From NCBI GenBank assembly GCA_949358305.1, contig OX442314.1, forward strand, positions 25,792,001 through 25,856,000: a stretch of DNA of 64,000 bases, written 5' to 3'. Origin of the DNA: Strigamia acuminata. Lineage: Eukaryota. Positions 52,401-64,000 of this stretch are shown here, one piece after another. The notes under the pieces were generated by a model. That model was not told the DNA's origin. It saw nothing but the letters and a program-made list of their open reading frames with translations, and did no database searches. Each line of letters opens with the position of its first letter. The stretch's first letter is position 1. Position numbers and translations under genes: made by a program.

Positions 52401-55400
52401 CCACCCGCCTCTCCACCACCCTCTCCACCAGCCTTTCGTGGTACAACACCACCCTGGACTCGGAGGGTTGAGACTCGCTGAATTCCGTGTCTTGGGATTC
52501 CTCCAGCATCGGCTCTGTTGGTTGCGATTGCGAGTCGTCCAGAATCGACTCCACTGGACGTCGTCGAGATGTGTCCATTGTGGCCTGATTAAAAACGAGC
52601 AAATATAATAAATAAAAAAATAAAAATAAAAACAAAAAATAAAAATAAAAATAAAAAAATGAATAAAAATAGAAAAAGAAAAAGAAAAATCAATTAAAAG
52701 AAAGAAAAAAAGGGGGGGGGGGGATGGGGGGGGGAGGGAAGGGAGCGGACACGTAAAACAAATCGAGACGCGGGGCGTCAAACGACAAAAAATTGGACGC
52801 GCGTGTTCGCGTATTTTCGCGCGCACAAACATGGGAGAATGGGTCACAATTGCGTCGATCGCGCCAGAACCAGCAACGAAAGCTTATCCTCGCAAAATTA
52901 ATTTTGATTATGGGCCAATTCTTTCACTCACCGCCGTCGACGCTTCCACAGTGACCAACCTCTCGTCCACGTGCGGTTCCGTGTCCTGGAACGATACGAA
53001 TGTGTATGAATAAATCAGCGTTTAAAAAATAAATAAATAAAATAAAATAAAACAAAGAAAGTTTAGAAAAATGGAAAATAGCGGGTCCGTACCCCGGACC
53101 GTGCCCATTTCCACGCGGATATTAGAATTTATTCCTATCCCGACGTGGCCCCTCTCCACGGATCTCAGATTTAATTGTCGGAAGAAAAATTTGATCACTA
53201 CTTTGCAATTGGCATTCGATGCTGTTAAATGGTTGGAGAATCGGGACCGTTTGTCATTGCTTAAAATTGGCACAGATAAGAGATCGCGCATAAATGGGAC
53301 AAAAAAATTAAATTTAAAAAAATGAAATTTTTACACGTGATATGAATCAATTTTTAATGTCCGCGCGGAAATAAATAAATTATTTTCTATTTTTATTTCG
53401 CGAATTAGGCAGAAATATTTATTTATTTATGTGTTTGTTTATCTATTTTTCATCAATAATAATAATAATAATAATATTGTTAATCGTTGTGACGGTTTAC
53501 AATGGCTATAAATGCCTATTTTCTTAGAAAGAAGCGCTGTTGCGCCATTATCATGATATCTCGAAGATATTCTGTGTAAAACTGATAAATGTCTGGAATA
53601 AAGTTATTTATGATGTTTCAAATACAAAGATGTTCGTTTATTAAGAATAAACACTCATTCCTACTTGATATCAAAGGATTCCGGCCGAATCACGAAGAGT
53701 CGTCTGCTAAAACCGCATTTGTCAATGCGCAATGTTGCCACAAGATGGCGCGATTACGATTTAGCGGCAAATTCAAGATATGAATATAAAACATGTAAAT
53801 AAATATAAAACTATATTTACTAGAATGAAACGAAGCTTTGTGAACATTAATATAAAGATATATTAATGTCTTGTGATGTTAAATACAATGTAACTTCCAT
53901 TTTCTGCGGGACAGGACATTTGGTGATCAATCGATCAACCAATAGATCTGATTGGTGGATCCATTTCCGGTCCTGGGTATCCAGTTCCGGTTGTGGTGAG
54001 AATTAGCACATTGTTCCTCCGTATCCACTTCCGGTGATACGGGATTGGAGGGATTCGTGGAACCCATGTTCCAATTGGATAACTGGATTAATCCTTAATC
54101 CAGTCAGGTTATATAAACCCAAACAACCGGCCATTCTGCAGCTCTGTTTGATTATTTTCTGTTTGGTATTGTTACTTAAGAAATATGATTCGTTGTTCAC
54201 GTAAAAAAACCTTTTGGTTCTTTGTTGATTTATTCGCAAAGAACCGTTGCATGATTCTACAGAATCATGCCACCGCCGGCAATTGAAGTCGAAGTGCTGG
54301 GATCATTATGTTGCATAAATGTTACAGTTTACGGTTGCGACGCCGAAGGAGAACCCGCCGTTGTGCAATTCAGTATCCTCCGGACAGGACCAAGTTGTCT
54401 TTTTCGGTATGAACGTATTCCGTTACCACGAGTAGCATCGGTATTGTTGAGAATCGGTTCCTTCACCTGATGGTGCCAAAGCAGTCTGTTTTACAGTAAC
54501 CACGAGTAGCACCAAGTGTTTGGCAAGCTGATTCTCATGGTATTCGATGCCAAAGCAGTCGGTCTATTATTAGTACCGCGAGAGATAAAACTGCTGTGCG
54601 GAGCCGCGAGCTATCGACCCCTGTGTACGTGGTACCGTCAACCACTCGATGGACGACCGTGCTGCGACGCCGGGGACGCTTGATACCGTTCTGCATGGCA
54701 AGGCGTATATTCTAATCGATGGCAATTGTGTGTTGCGACGGGAAGCTTAATCTTCATTTTATTTATAACAGCAAAACTTAAACTCGACAACCAGTTGGAC
54801 CAAAATCAAGTCAGAAGACTTAATCTCATATTGAACTCAATATAACCGATAAGTTGACGACAACTTATTCCCGAAATATCTAAATAAGAATTCACAACGA
54901 TATGAATTAAATATAATTCATAAGTGGAATATTGATAAGTAAATGAATACATTTACTTACACCAATATCCTCCCAAAGTTGTGGCGGTGCAGACAAAGTC
55001 AACCGCAATGCTCAGATCATTCGATTTATCGACGTGCGATAGTTTACACAGCGAACCAAGGAAACCAGCGAAGCCGTATCGGACTCCAGGACACAGCCAT
55101 CCGGCTTAAGATGACATCTATAATCAGGTCGAGCGATGGGGAAACCGCTCCCATATTCCAGACCCGTAGTGATATTATTCTAGGGCCAGTTGGCCAATTC
55201 TTTGTATAGTTTAATAGCTGATTTAACTTGCCAAATGTCGGCATTAGTCCTATGTATAATTTAGCCTTGATATTATTGTTTACCAACAATAAACTGTCTT
55301 GTATTTATCTCGTATTGTATTCACTGTTTATTTATTGCGATCTCTTCCCGGTACCATTGTTAAATGGGAGTTGTGGTCGTCACCGTCACACGTGGAGGTC

Positions 55401-58400
55401 CCACCGAGATTAGGTTGCAATTAAATTCGATTGAATTGCAACAGTGAATATTGGAGATAAATATTTAACTAAAAGATTTAAGTTAAAAATAGACAGATTA
55501 AATTTTCAGTTTATATTTCCATGTGAAGAAGTTAAACTGATGAAATAGAAATACGTAGTAGATTTTCCTTCATTATTTTCGTTTGAAGATTTTAGGGATT
55601 TCAAAGACTACCACCTAATCTCACACGTGGAGGTCCCACCGAGATTAGGTTGCAATTAAATTCGATAGAATTGTAAAAGTGAATTTTGAGATAAATATTT
55701 AACTAAAAGATTTAGTTAAAAAACAGACAAGTTTCAAACCATGTTTATTTTCTTGAGAAACACCAAAACAGTCCTTTAACTAGGAATTTCGGAAGTTATA
55801 GACCTATCACACGATCACTGAAATAGGTTGCAAATTAATTCGATCGAATTGCAAAAGCGAATCTTGAATCCGATATTAACTAAAAAATTTTAGTTAAAAC
55901 AGACAAATAGATTTTCAGTTTATATTTTCATGTGAAAAGTTAAACTGACGAAATGGAAACGTTTAGTGAACTCTCTTTACTATTTTCGTTCGACAATTTA
56001 AGGAATACGAAGTATTTTAAATAAGAAATCAAAAAAGTTTCGAGTGAAATAAGAATACAGATATTTTTTTTCGAAGTTTGTTTTATTTCGAAAAGCTAAA
56101 AACATACAAGTTTAGAAGGCGGACTTCTTACGAATTTATCTTTCCACCTGAAAAGTTAAAACGAAGAAAACACCGCAACTATTTGGAAATATTTACAAGA
56201 AATTAAGTTTCTTGTAACTGTACGTCGACACCGATAGCCAGCGACCACGCGCCATAGCAATACGCGTCGATCTCCGTATCAAACGCAGCAGGGAAGCTAC
56301 TCAAACCTTCAACGCAAGGTGCGAACGAATGCTTGGAAATTATGGCGGACAACAGATAAAAGACAGCGGAGAAATGTTACAGAAGGTTCGTAGAGATTTA
56401 TTTAAGTGTCGCGAACTAATTTTTCCACTGCCATCGGTACCAAAGATAATTTAGTTGTTGGAGAAAAACAACACACTCCATTTCGCAGAAAAGATTTGCA
56501 AATCGAAATGAATATTACCTTTATTTGAAGGAATTAACTATTTTCACAAAAAGTACATTTTTTCCTTCGGGACAATGGAAATTAAGAAAATATAAAATGG
56601 CGGCGAATGAAGTTGCCGACCACATAGAATAGTATTTTTTACATTGAAAGTTACGAATCACGATAAACGCTTTCCCTCGGAAAAGTAAAAGGATTTCATT
56701 CAATCTTTCCTTTCGGAAATTTAACAGTGTTTTAAGTTTCCAACGATATTTGGGTCTCCCAAATTTTGAGAATTTCTAAATGAAATTTAGCTGTTTGAAA
56801 AACAACGAATATTTTTAGTAATCTAATCGGACATTTTCCCACATGATTTCTTAAAACCGGAATAACAAATCCATTTGTGGCTATGAACTTTGCCACATGA
56901 AATATTTACGGAGCGAATATTTTTTGATTGGATTGAAGCTTTAAAATCAGATAGCTGATTTAAACGAAGAAAATAAGTTTCAAAGTAATTATTTTTCTTT
57001 CGGAAAAATCAAATAAATCACCGCTGATGAAAAGTTGTATTTTTCCATTCGAAAAAACTAAGAATTGCACAAGATTTATCTTCTATTTTGAACATAGATT
57101 TTATTCGGAAAAGGAAAGATTCTAGATACATTATTTTTCTCTAAAAATTAAGAATTTAGTCAATTTTCCTAAAGGTTAATGGAATGTCATCATATATTTC
57201 GTTCGTAATTTACGTGTTAAAGTTTAATCAGAAAAACGATTGAATATGTTTTATTTGCGATAAGTAAAAGAAAGGTTCTTTAAAAATGGAATTTCGATGC
57301 AAATCCCACAGTAAAGGGAATGTTATGTGTGAGCAATTAACGAAAAGTTGGAATAACTTCATTTTATTTCATTCAAAAGTAGTTGTGAAAAATCAATTTC
57401 AAATATTTTTCAAAGAAAAATTATTTTTATCGGAAAAAAGTAATTTACATGTCCTCGCGCGGACCGAGTAGTAAACTGCTTAATTGTGACATCGATACTG
57501 TTATTGTGTCACGTGTTATACGGAATTCCAAACCAGTGAATTACGAATTTTGGCGCGATAGGAATAGAAGTTTGACAGTGAAAGTTCTCCAGATTTGTCT
57601 TTTCATTTGAAAAGTTCAAATTGAGGAAATGCTGCAGCAGATGAAGGTATTTACGACAATTGAGATTTAAATATTCTTTCATTCAAAAGATAAAAGATCT
57701 CTGCAAAAACATCTCGTTATTAGAGATAAGGGGGACGAAAATTATTAAAACGAATAATCAAAGACACGTCCTTCGTAAATATCGCAAAGGAATAACTAAT
57801 TGTGAAAACAATTGTCCGCTCAGGAAAAGTGGAATTTAGCTAGATATTTTCTTTCGAAAAATCAAAGCAATTGTCATCAAAAAAGAAAGATTTGATGAAT
57901 AATTTTTACCCAAAAGTCTAAAGGATTGTCGAATAGTTTTCTCCCGAAAAACAAGTACACATTTGTACCAATAACTTTATCGTTTAAAGTAAAATTTCGA
58001 ATATTTTCTTTTGGAAGATTAGAGAATTAGATAATTTTTCTCGCAAAACAAATTTAAAGAATTTTAACGAATTTTTATTTGTTAAAAAAATTTGTTAAAA
58101 AAGGGGGAGATGGATGGTGAAAATTTATTTTTTCACACTCGAAAAATGGAATTTAAACCCGAAAAAGTAAAGACTTGGTCAAATTATTCTTCCTATTGGA
58201 AATGAATACACAATGTTGGGAATCGAAAATAGATTTCAATTACAAAGGAATGATTATTTGAACGATAATTGAATAAGAATAAGAAAAATTGAGAGTTTGA
58301 GAAAACTTTATTAAAACTGTGGTTGTAATGATATTACACACTAAACGGAATAATCAAAGAAAAATATTTTTTGAAGAAAAGTTATTTAATTATTTGGATT

Positions 58401-61400
58401 GGTAAAAATCCCAAAGTTCAAGAAGATTGAAGTAAGTTTATTTTATTTTCATTTGAAAAATACAATATTTTACGAATGTCTTCCCGAAGGAATTTTATTT
58501 TATCGGTAAAATTGAATCTCGAAGGGAACGGACTTAGTAGAGAACTACTAAATAGATGTAACGTCCTTTATACCATTGGCCGACACTAACATCCGCCAAT
58601 CAGAAGTTGGGAGATCTAGGGATCCCCAGCCCCCTGCTATTAAAGGAGGACCAGATCAGATACTGATCATTCGCATCCAGACCAGACCAGAAGACGTGTT
58701 CCAGAGTCATCTTGACCACGCCGTCCCGATTTCAGTCACGATTCGAATTTTGTGTGCCGTGTAACCTGCAAAAGCTAACACGTGTCAAACAAACGCGAAG
58801 TTTAATTTTATTTTGTCAAAAGTAAAGTTTAGAAGTGTTTCTTGTTGAAAAGTGTATTATATTCGTCTTCTTTATAAATTAAAGAATTAAAATCGTCAGA
58901 TTTTGAATTTTTTTATGGCTCAAAAACCATTGAATATGATCGATCCAAAAGGAAATAATAAGCAGACAAACTTAAATTTAAGTTCTGTACCACTTGGCGA
59001 TCAAACAGAAAAGATTCCCGATCATTTTACTCTGTATTGTAATCGTCATGGACTGGATAAAACCAAGTTTAAAAATATAATCGAAGCTTCAGACTATGTA
59101 AAAGCTAGGAACTGGCGAGATCGTACCCAATCTCAATCTTCACATCAAGATCCAGTACGGAATCCACAAACATACAGCCGAAACTTAGTGAATCAAGATT
59201 CTCATACTATGTTTCAAACATCCAGTAGGGGATCTAAGTTAGAAAAGTTTAAACCACCTAATTCGGTAGATAAGGGGGAAGAGAATTATAAACCTAATAA
59301 TTCTCGTCCAGAGAGTTCGTTAACTAACCAGTCGGTTGTTCAGAACAAATTAAAACTCGTTTACAATCGAGATCAGCTAATTTCAGTTCGATATGCTAAT
59401 CCAGCTGAAGCACAACGATATGTGGCTAGCCTTAATCTGTCGATTAACCTACCGCTATCAAAAGAATTGGGAACCGTAAACAAAAGTTTTGGGCCACCAA
59501 TATCAACGCAAAGGAAAGATATTCGGACTCCAAACAAACATTTGCAGTCAAATAACGTACAACAACGTGCCCGATCGCCGATCACAAACTCATGTTTGCG
59601 GACGTATGATTTGTCTACCAAGAAGAGTCCCCAGCCAAGACAATTCTACCTAACGCCCATTTCAAATCGAAAAAAGGTCAAGCAAACTTTTCCCTTGAAA
59701 AAGTATTACCAACACGATAATGAGAATGATTTTAAACCTAAAAAAGAAAGTTTTTTGACTAACCCACGGGAGATCCGGTATCAAATTCGAACAGTATTGT
59801 AAACAATACCAGTTAAATTCAGCTGAATTTAAAAATATAAACGAAGCGCAACAATTCGTATTTCGAAATCAATACCGTAACCAACGACTAAAACCCGTCC
59901 CAGTCGTCAATCTGACGGAGATACAACAATTTGCGTCTGGAAAGCAACCCTGCAATATCCAGAATAATTCATCTCAACGAGAGGAATTAAGAACTTCAAA
60001 AAAGCGTTTTCGGTCACCAAGTCCAGCTGGTGATGAAGAAACTTCAAGTACAAACCAACATGTTCAAAAACTGACTGAAAACCCAGGTTTCCAATCATCA
60101 GTTCCACGACTTAGAGTCAAATATAGATCCCCTCGTTTGTTGCGGGATTTCACAATTCCAAATATGGGTCCTTTCCACGTATGGTTTTCCAATGAGGGTC
60201 CCATTCATGTATGGTTTTCCAGAGATGACCTAAAACAAAAAGTTGGGTCGTCACGGTCATTTACACTGCCAAGTGAGTACACTGTGTGTAACTGCCCAAA
60301 GAAAAAACGTCGAAAGAAATCAGTACAGCAGGCTGAGAGATCTCGGAAATTTGCAAATATGCGAGCTCAATATTTAGCAAAGAATCATGTTGATTAACAT
60401 GATATGATACACAAAGATTCCCCGATTATAGTGTAAACAGAAAATCCTCTTCTAAAAATCATGACCTCTCTTCTAAAGAAAAGGGGGACAAAATATAAAA
60501 GTTAGAATTAACAAAATTTTGAAAAGTAATGCTACATTATTAAGACAACTAGTTTAATTAAATTAGTCAATTGTACAAAGAATACCAAGTGACTCCGGTC
60601 ATGACAATTAAGGGGGACAATTATGATTTCTTAATTGTCAACTCTTATCATCTAAAAGCTATTTATTGTATATTTATAGCGATACATCTGACTAGGCATA
60701 TGAAATAAATATTTTGTGATAACACAAATGATGATTTTATGTATGACGAAAGTTTCTTCAAAAAGAAGACTTGGAAATAAATTCTGGACTTGAATTTAGG
60801 CTATTAGAAAAGATTATTTCGGCAGAAAATCAGAACTTAGATAATTCAAGTTAGTTTATGTAAGCTCAAATTCGAAATTGGAAGTCACGGTATCTCCAAG
60901 ATACATCAAGTCCGAAAATAGCATTTATGCTAATTAGGAGAATAACGAAAACTCTATAAAATTTTATATAATTGTGTTATTAAGGGGGATGTGTGACGGT
61001 TTACAATGGCTATAAATGCCTATTTTCTTAGAAAGAAGCGCTGTTGCGCCATTATCATGATATCTCGAAGATATTCTGTGTAAAACTGATAAATGTCTGG
61101 AATAAAGTTATTTATGATGTTTCAAATACAAAGATGTTCGTTTATTAAGAATAAACACTCATTCCTACTTGATATCAAAGGATTCCGGCCGAATCACGAA
61201 GAGTCGTCTGCTAAAACCGCATTTGTCAATGCGCAATGTTGCCACAAGATGGCGCGATTACGATTTAGCGGCAAATTCAAGATATGAATATAAAACATGT
61301 AAATAAATATAAAACTATATTTACTAGAATGAAACGAAGCTTTGTGAACATTAATATAAAGATATATTAATGTCTTGTGATGTTAAATACAATGTAACTT

Positions 61401-63471
61401 CCATTTTCTGCGGGACAGGACATTTGGTGATCAATCGATCAACCAATAGATCTGATTGGTGGATCCATTTCCGGTCCTGGGTATCCAGTTCCGGTTGTGG
61501 TGAGAATTAGCACATTGTTCCTCCGTATCCACTTCCGGTGATACGGGATTGGAGGGATTCGTGGAACCCATGTTCCAATTGGATAACTGGATTAATCCTT
61601 AATCCAGTCAGGTTATATAAACCCAAACAACCGGCCATTCTGCAGCTCTGTTTGATTATTTTCTGTTTGGTATTGTTACTTAAGAAATATGATTCGTTGT
61701 TCACGTAAAAAAACCTTTTGGTTCTTTGTTGATTTATTCGCAAAGAACCGTTGCATGATTCTACAGAATCATGCCACCGCCGGCAATTGAAGTCGAAGTG
61801 CTGGGATCATTATGTTGCATAAATGTTACAGTTTACGGTTGCGACGCCGAAGGAGAACCCGCCGTTGTGCAATTCAGTATCCTCCGGACAGGACCAAGTT
61901 GTCTTTTTCGGTATGAACGTATTCCGTTACCACGAGTAGCATCGGTATTGTTGAGAATCGGTTCCTTCACCTGATGGTGCCAAAGCAGTCTGTTTTACAG
62001 TAACCACGAGTAGCACCAAGTGTTTGGCAAGCTGATTCTCATGGTATTCGATGCCAAAGCAGTCGGTCTATTATTAGTACCGCGAGAGATAAAACTGCTG
62101 TGCGGAGCCGCGAGCTATCGACCCCTGTGTACGTGGTACCGTCAACCACTCGATGGACGACCGTGCTGCGACGCCGGGGACGCTTGATACCGTTCTGCAT
62201 GGCAAGGCGTATATTCTAATCGATGGCAATTGTGTGTTGCGACGGGAAGCTTAATCTTCATTTTATTTATAACAGCAAAACTTAAACTCGACAACCAGTT
62301 GGACCAAAATCAAGTCAGAAGACTTAATCTCATATTGAACTCAATATAACCGATAAGTTGACGACAACTTATTCCCGAAATATCTAAATAAGAATTCACA
62401 ACGATATGAATTAAATATAATTCATAAGTGGAATATTGATAAGTAAATGAATACATTTACTTACACCAATATCCTCCCAAAGTTGTGGCGGTGCAGACAA
62501 AGTCAACCGCAATGCTCAGATCATTCGATTTATCGACGTGCGATAGTTTACACAGCGAACCAAGGAAACCAGCGAAGCCGTATCGGACTCCAGGACACAG
62601 CCATCCGGCTTAAGATGACATCTATAATCAGGTCGAGCGATGGGGAAACCGCTCCCATATTCCAGACCCGTAGTGATATTATTCTAGGGCCAGTTGGCCA
62701 ATTCTTTGTATAGTTTAATAGCTGATTTAACTTGCCAAATGTCGGCATTAGTCCTATGTATAATTTAGCCTTGATATTATTGTTTACCAACAATAAACTG
62801 TCTTGTATTTATCTCGTATTGTATTCACTGTTTATTTATTGCGATCTCTTCCCGGTACCATTGTTAAATGGGAGTTGTGGTCGTCACCGTCACATCGTGA
62901 GACAATTTTTCCACTCACCGTCATCGTGGTTGCAACTTCGGTTGACCCCTCCTCGGTTTCTAATTTTTCATTTTCCATCTTCCCACCTTCCGTCTCTTTG
63001 TTTGCGTCGGATGTCTGTAAGGGAGAGAAAATAAAAAATAAAAATAAAAATAAAAACATTTTTCGTTTGTGTCGGCATATTCCGCTCTAAACGCGCGATT
63101 TGAAAACGACCACAAATCCGTGCTCGACGACGGTGCGTGGCAACGAGTGGACCAATACGGTATACACGTGTGCATATGAATCGATGAATCGTGTATAAAT
63201 CAATAAATAAAAAATGTATACATTCGTCTAATTTTAATAAACCTCGTTCGCCGTCGATCGGGTAAAAATCATCCACGTTACACCGCAAACGCTCACTCAC
63301 GTACACTCCCGCGACCAAACACAAAAAATCCATGCGCGTTGTTCGACGACCACACGTGTGCACACGTACGACCACGGACGCGATTCATTGACAAAAATAT
63401 CGCAAAAATTCGTAAAAGCCGCCCAAATTTACCTGCGGAGACGCGACCGAGCATAAACTTCCCGCTTCCAT
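48161..63471 (-). CDS. Cargo gene, ~14 exons, ~1020 aa: E/K repeats, Pro-rich region, two C2H2-like fingers, acidic tract; one intron holds the LTR insertion
   Basis: Phase-compatible exons 63471-63433, 63014-62919, 52985-52932, 52584-52345, 51996-51901, 51550-51471, 51399-50712, 50436-50038, 49975-49699, 49594-49443, 49361-48942, 48861-48787, 48717-48416, 48317-48161. First and last exons are uncertain. Confidence 0.62.
50930..51320. repeat. Coding minisatellite (36/48-bp units) encoding (EKEKAVEETVS[G/E])n on the minus strand
   Basis: Repeated CCGACACAGTCTCTTCCACCGCC. Confidence 0.9.
53488..55390 (+). repeat. 5' LTR
   Basis: Direct repeat of 60992-62894 at a constant offset of 7504. Confidence 0.97.
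55393..55410 (+). promoter_or_regulatory. PBS complementary to tRNA-Gln (TGGAGGTCCCACCGAGAT); second copy 55628-55645
   Basis: 18-nt complement of the tRNA-Gln 3' end ...ATCTCGGTGGGACCTCCA, 2 nt after the LTR. Confidence 0.9.
58903..60397 (+). pseudogene. Frameshifted ~490-aa unknown protein in the LTR element interior
   Basis: 299-aa ORF plus a +1 frame open from ~59759 to 60397; a ~33-aa motif is repeated across the junction. Confidence 0.55.
60981..60991 (+). promoter_or_regulatory. Polypurine tract
   Basis: TAAGGGGGATG directly before the 3' LTR. Confidence 0.75.
60992..62894 (+). repeat. 3' LTR
   Basis: Appears identical to the 5' LTR by eye. Confidence 0.97.
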
Positions 63472-64000
63472 TTCCAGTTCATGTATGCTCGCTACCAGTT
63501 TGTTGACGCGACACCTGTTGGCGATTCCGCGAATGATTTTGATTCAAAGTCTCCGATTTACATCCGTTTTTAAGAGCTACGATGTTTTGGTTTTGGAGTC
63601 GGCTATGTGATCGTTTTTTAATTAAAAACGAAACAATTTTGGGTCAGACGATAATATTTTGGGCTCCGTTATAATTTCGAGCACGCGATCGTGAGCGGGG
63701 TGCTGTGATGCCCACTTCACTCCAGTCGCGTTTAAACAAACCAACAAGTTCGGGTTTTTGTCCCCTTTACTTATTTGTTTATTTTGGAGTTTTTATCGTG
63801 GGTCAAAAACGTTGACCGGAGGCAACGCCACATGTGCAAAAGGGCAATAAAAGTACAAGTTTACTCGAATGGAGAGAACATTGCGTATATATAATATATA
63901 TTATATATGTATTTATTTATTTATTTATTTATCTATTTATTCATTTATTTACTATCTACGCGCGGCCACGTAAATAAATTCAATGGGAACCCCGTGGAAT

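Larger units (their letters stand above)
53488..62894 (+). mobile_element. Non-autonomous LTR retrotransposon (LARD-like, probably Gypsy-derived), 9407 bp
   Basis: Two 1903-bp LTRs, TGTGACGG...CCGTCACA termini, TSD TCGT (53484-87 / 62895-98), PBS, PPT; no gag or pol recognisable. Confidence 0.93.
24626..64000 (+). mobile_element. Giant piggyBac-like cargo transposon, copy B (right end beyond window)
   Basis: Starts TTAA|CCTTTTCGCGG; contains an intact piggyBac transposase 15 kb inside; CGCG-rich composition and short TTTA-rich introns continue to 64000; no reverse complement of the left terminus was seen. Confidence 0.7.

Noticed and set aside
53589..55413. Short ORFs repeated at 61093-63034
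   Set aside because: Chance ORFs inside LTRs, duplicated only because the LTRs are.
24626..64000. Teratorn-like herpesvirus or Polinton fusion
   Set aside because: No recognisable polymerase, capsid, terminase, helicase or ATPase in the window; cannot be excluded beyond it.

Overview
Eukaryotic, probably invertebrate, DNA that is almost entirely mobile elements. (1) 1-11645: a minus-strand Ty3/Gypsy LTR retrotransposon with 5' LTR, tRNA-Arg-like PBS, gag, a -1 slippery site, pol with a frameshifting lesion in the protease, and two extra non-env ORFs. It lies upstream of the last two exons of a host amino-acid transporter gene (12152-12582), probably in an intron. (2) 15014 to the end: two copies, separated by a 200-N gap, of the left part of what appears to be a giant piggyBac-family cargo transposon (TTAA|CCTTTTCGCGG and ATAT|CCTTTTCGCGG termini). 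It carries a subterminal 56-bp hairpin satellite folded into a multi-kb palindrome, and a 3.1-kb gene-bearing segment that is inverted between the copies. Copy B also holds an intact 6-exon piggyBac transposase (634 aa) and at least six spliced cargo genes, including two paralogous zinc-finger proteins, one with a PHD finger and a possible MUM1/PWWP3-type C-terminus. The right end is not in the window, so copy B is >39 kb (>29 kb without the nested insert). (3) 53488-62894: a young non-autonomous LTR element (1903-bp LTRs, TCGT TSD, duplicated tRNA-Gln PBS) in an intron of a cargo gene. All exon models were read by eye from GT-AG sites and phase compatibility; no database searches were run.
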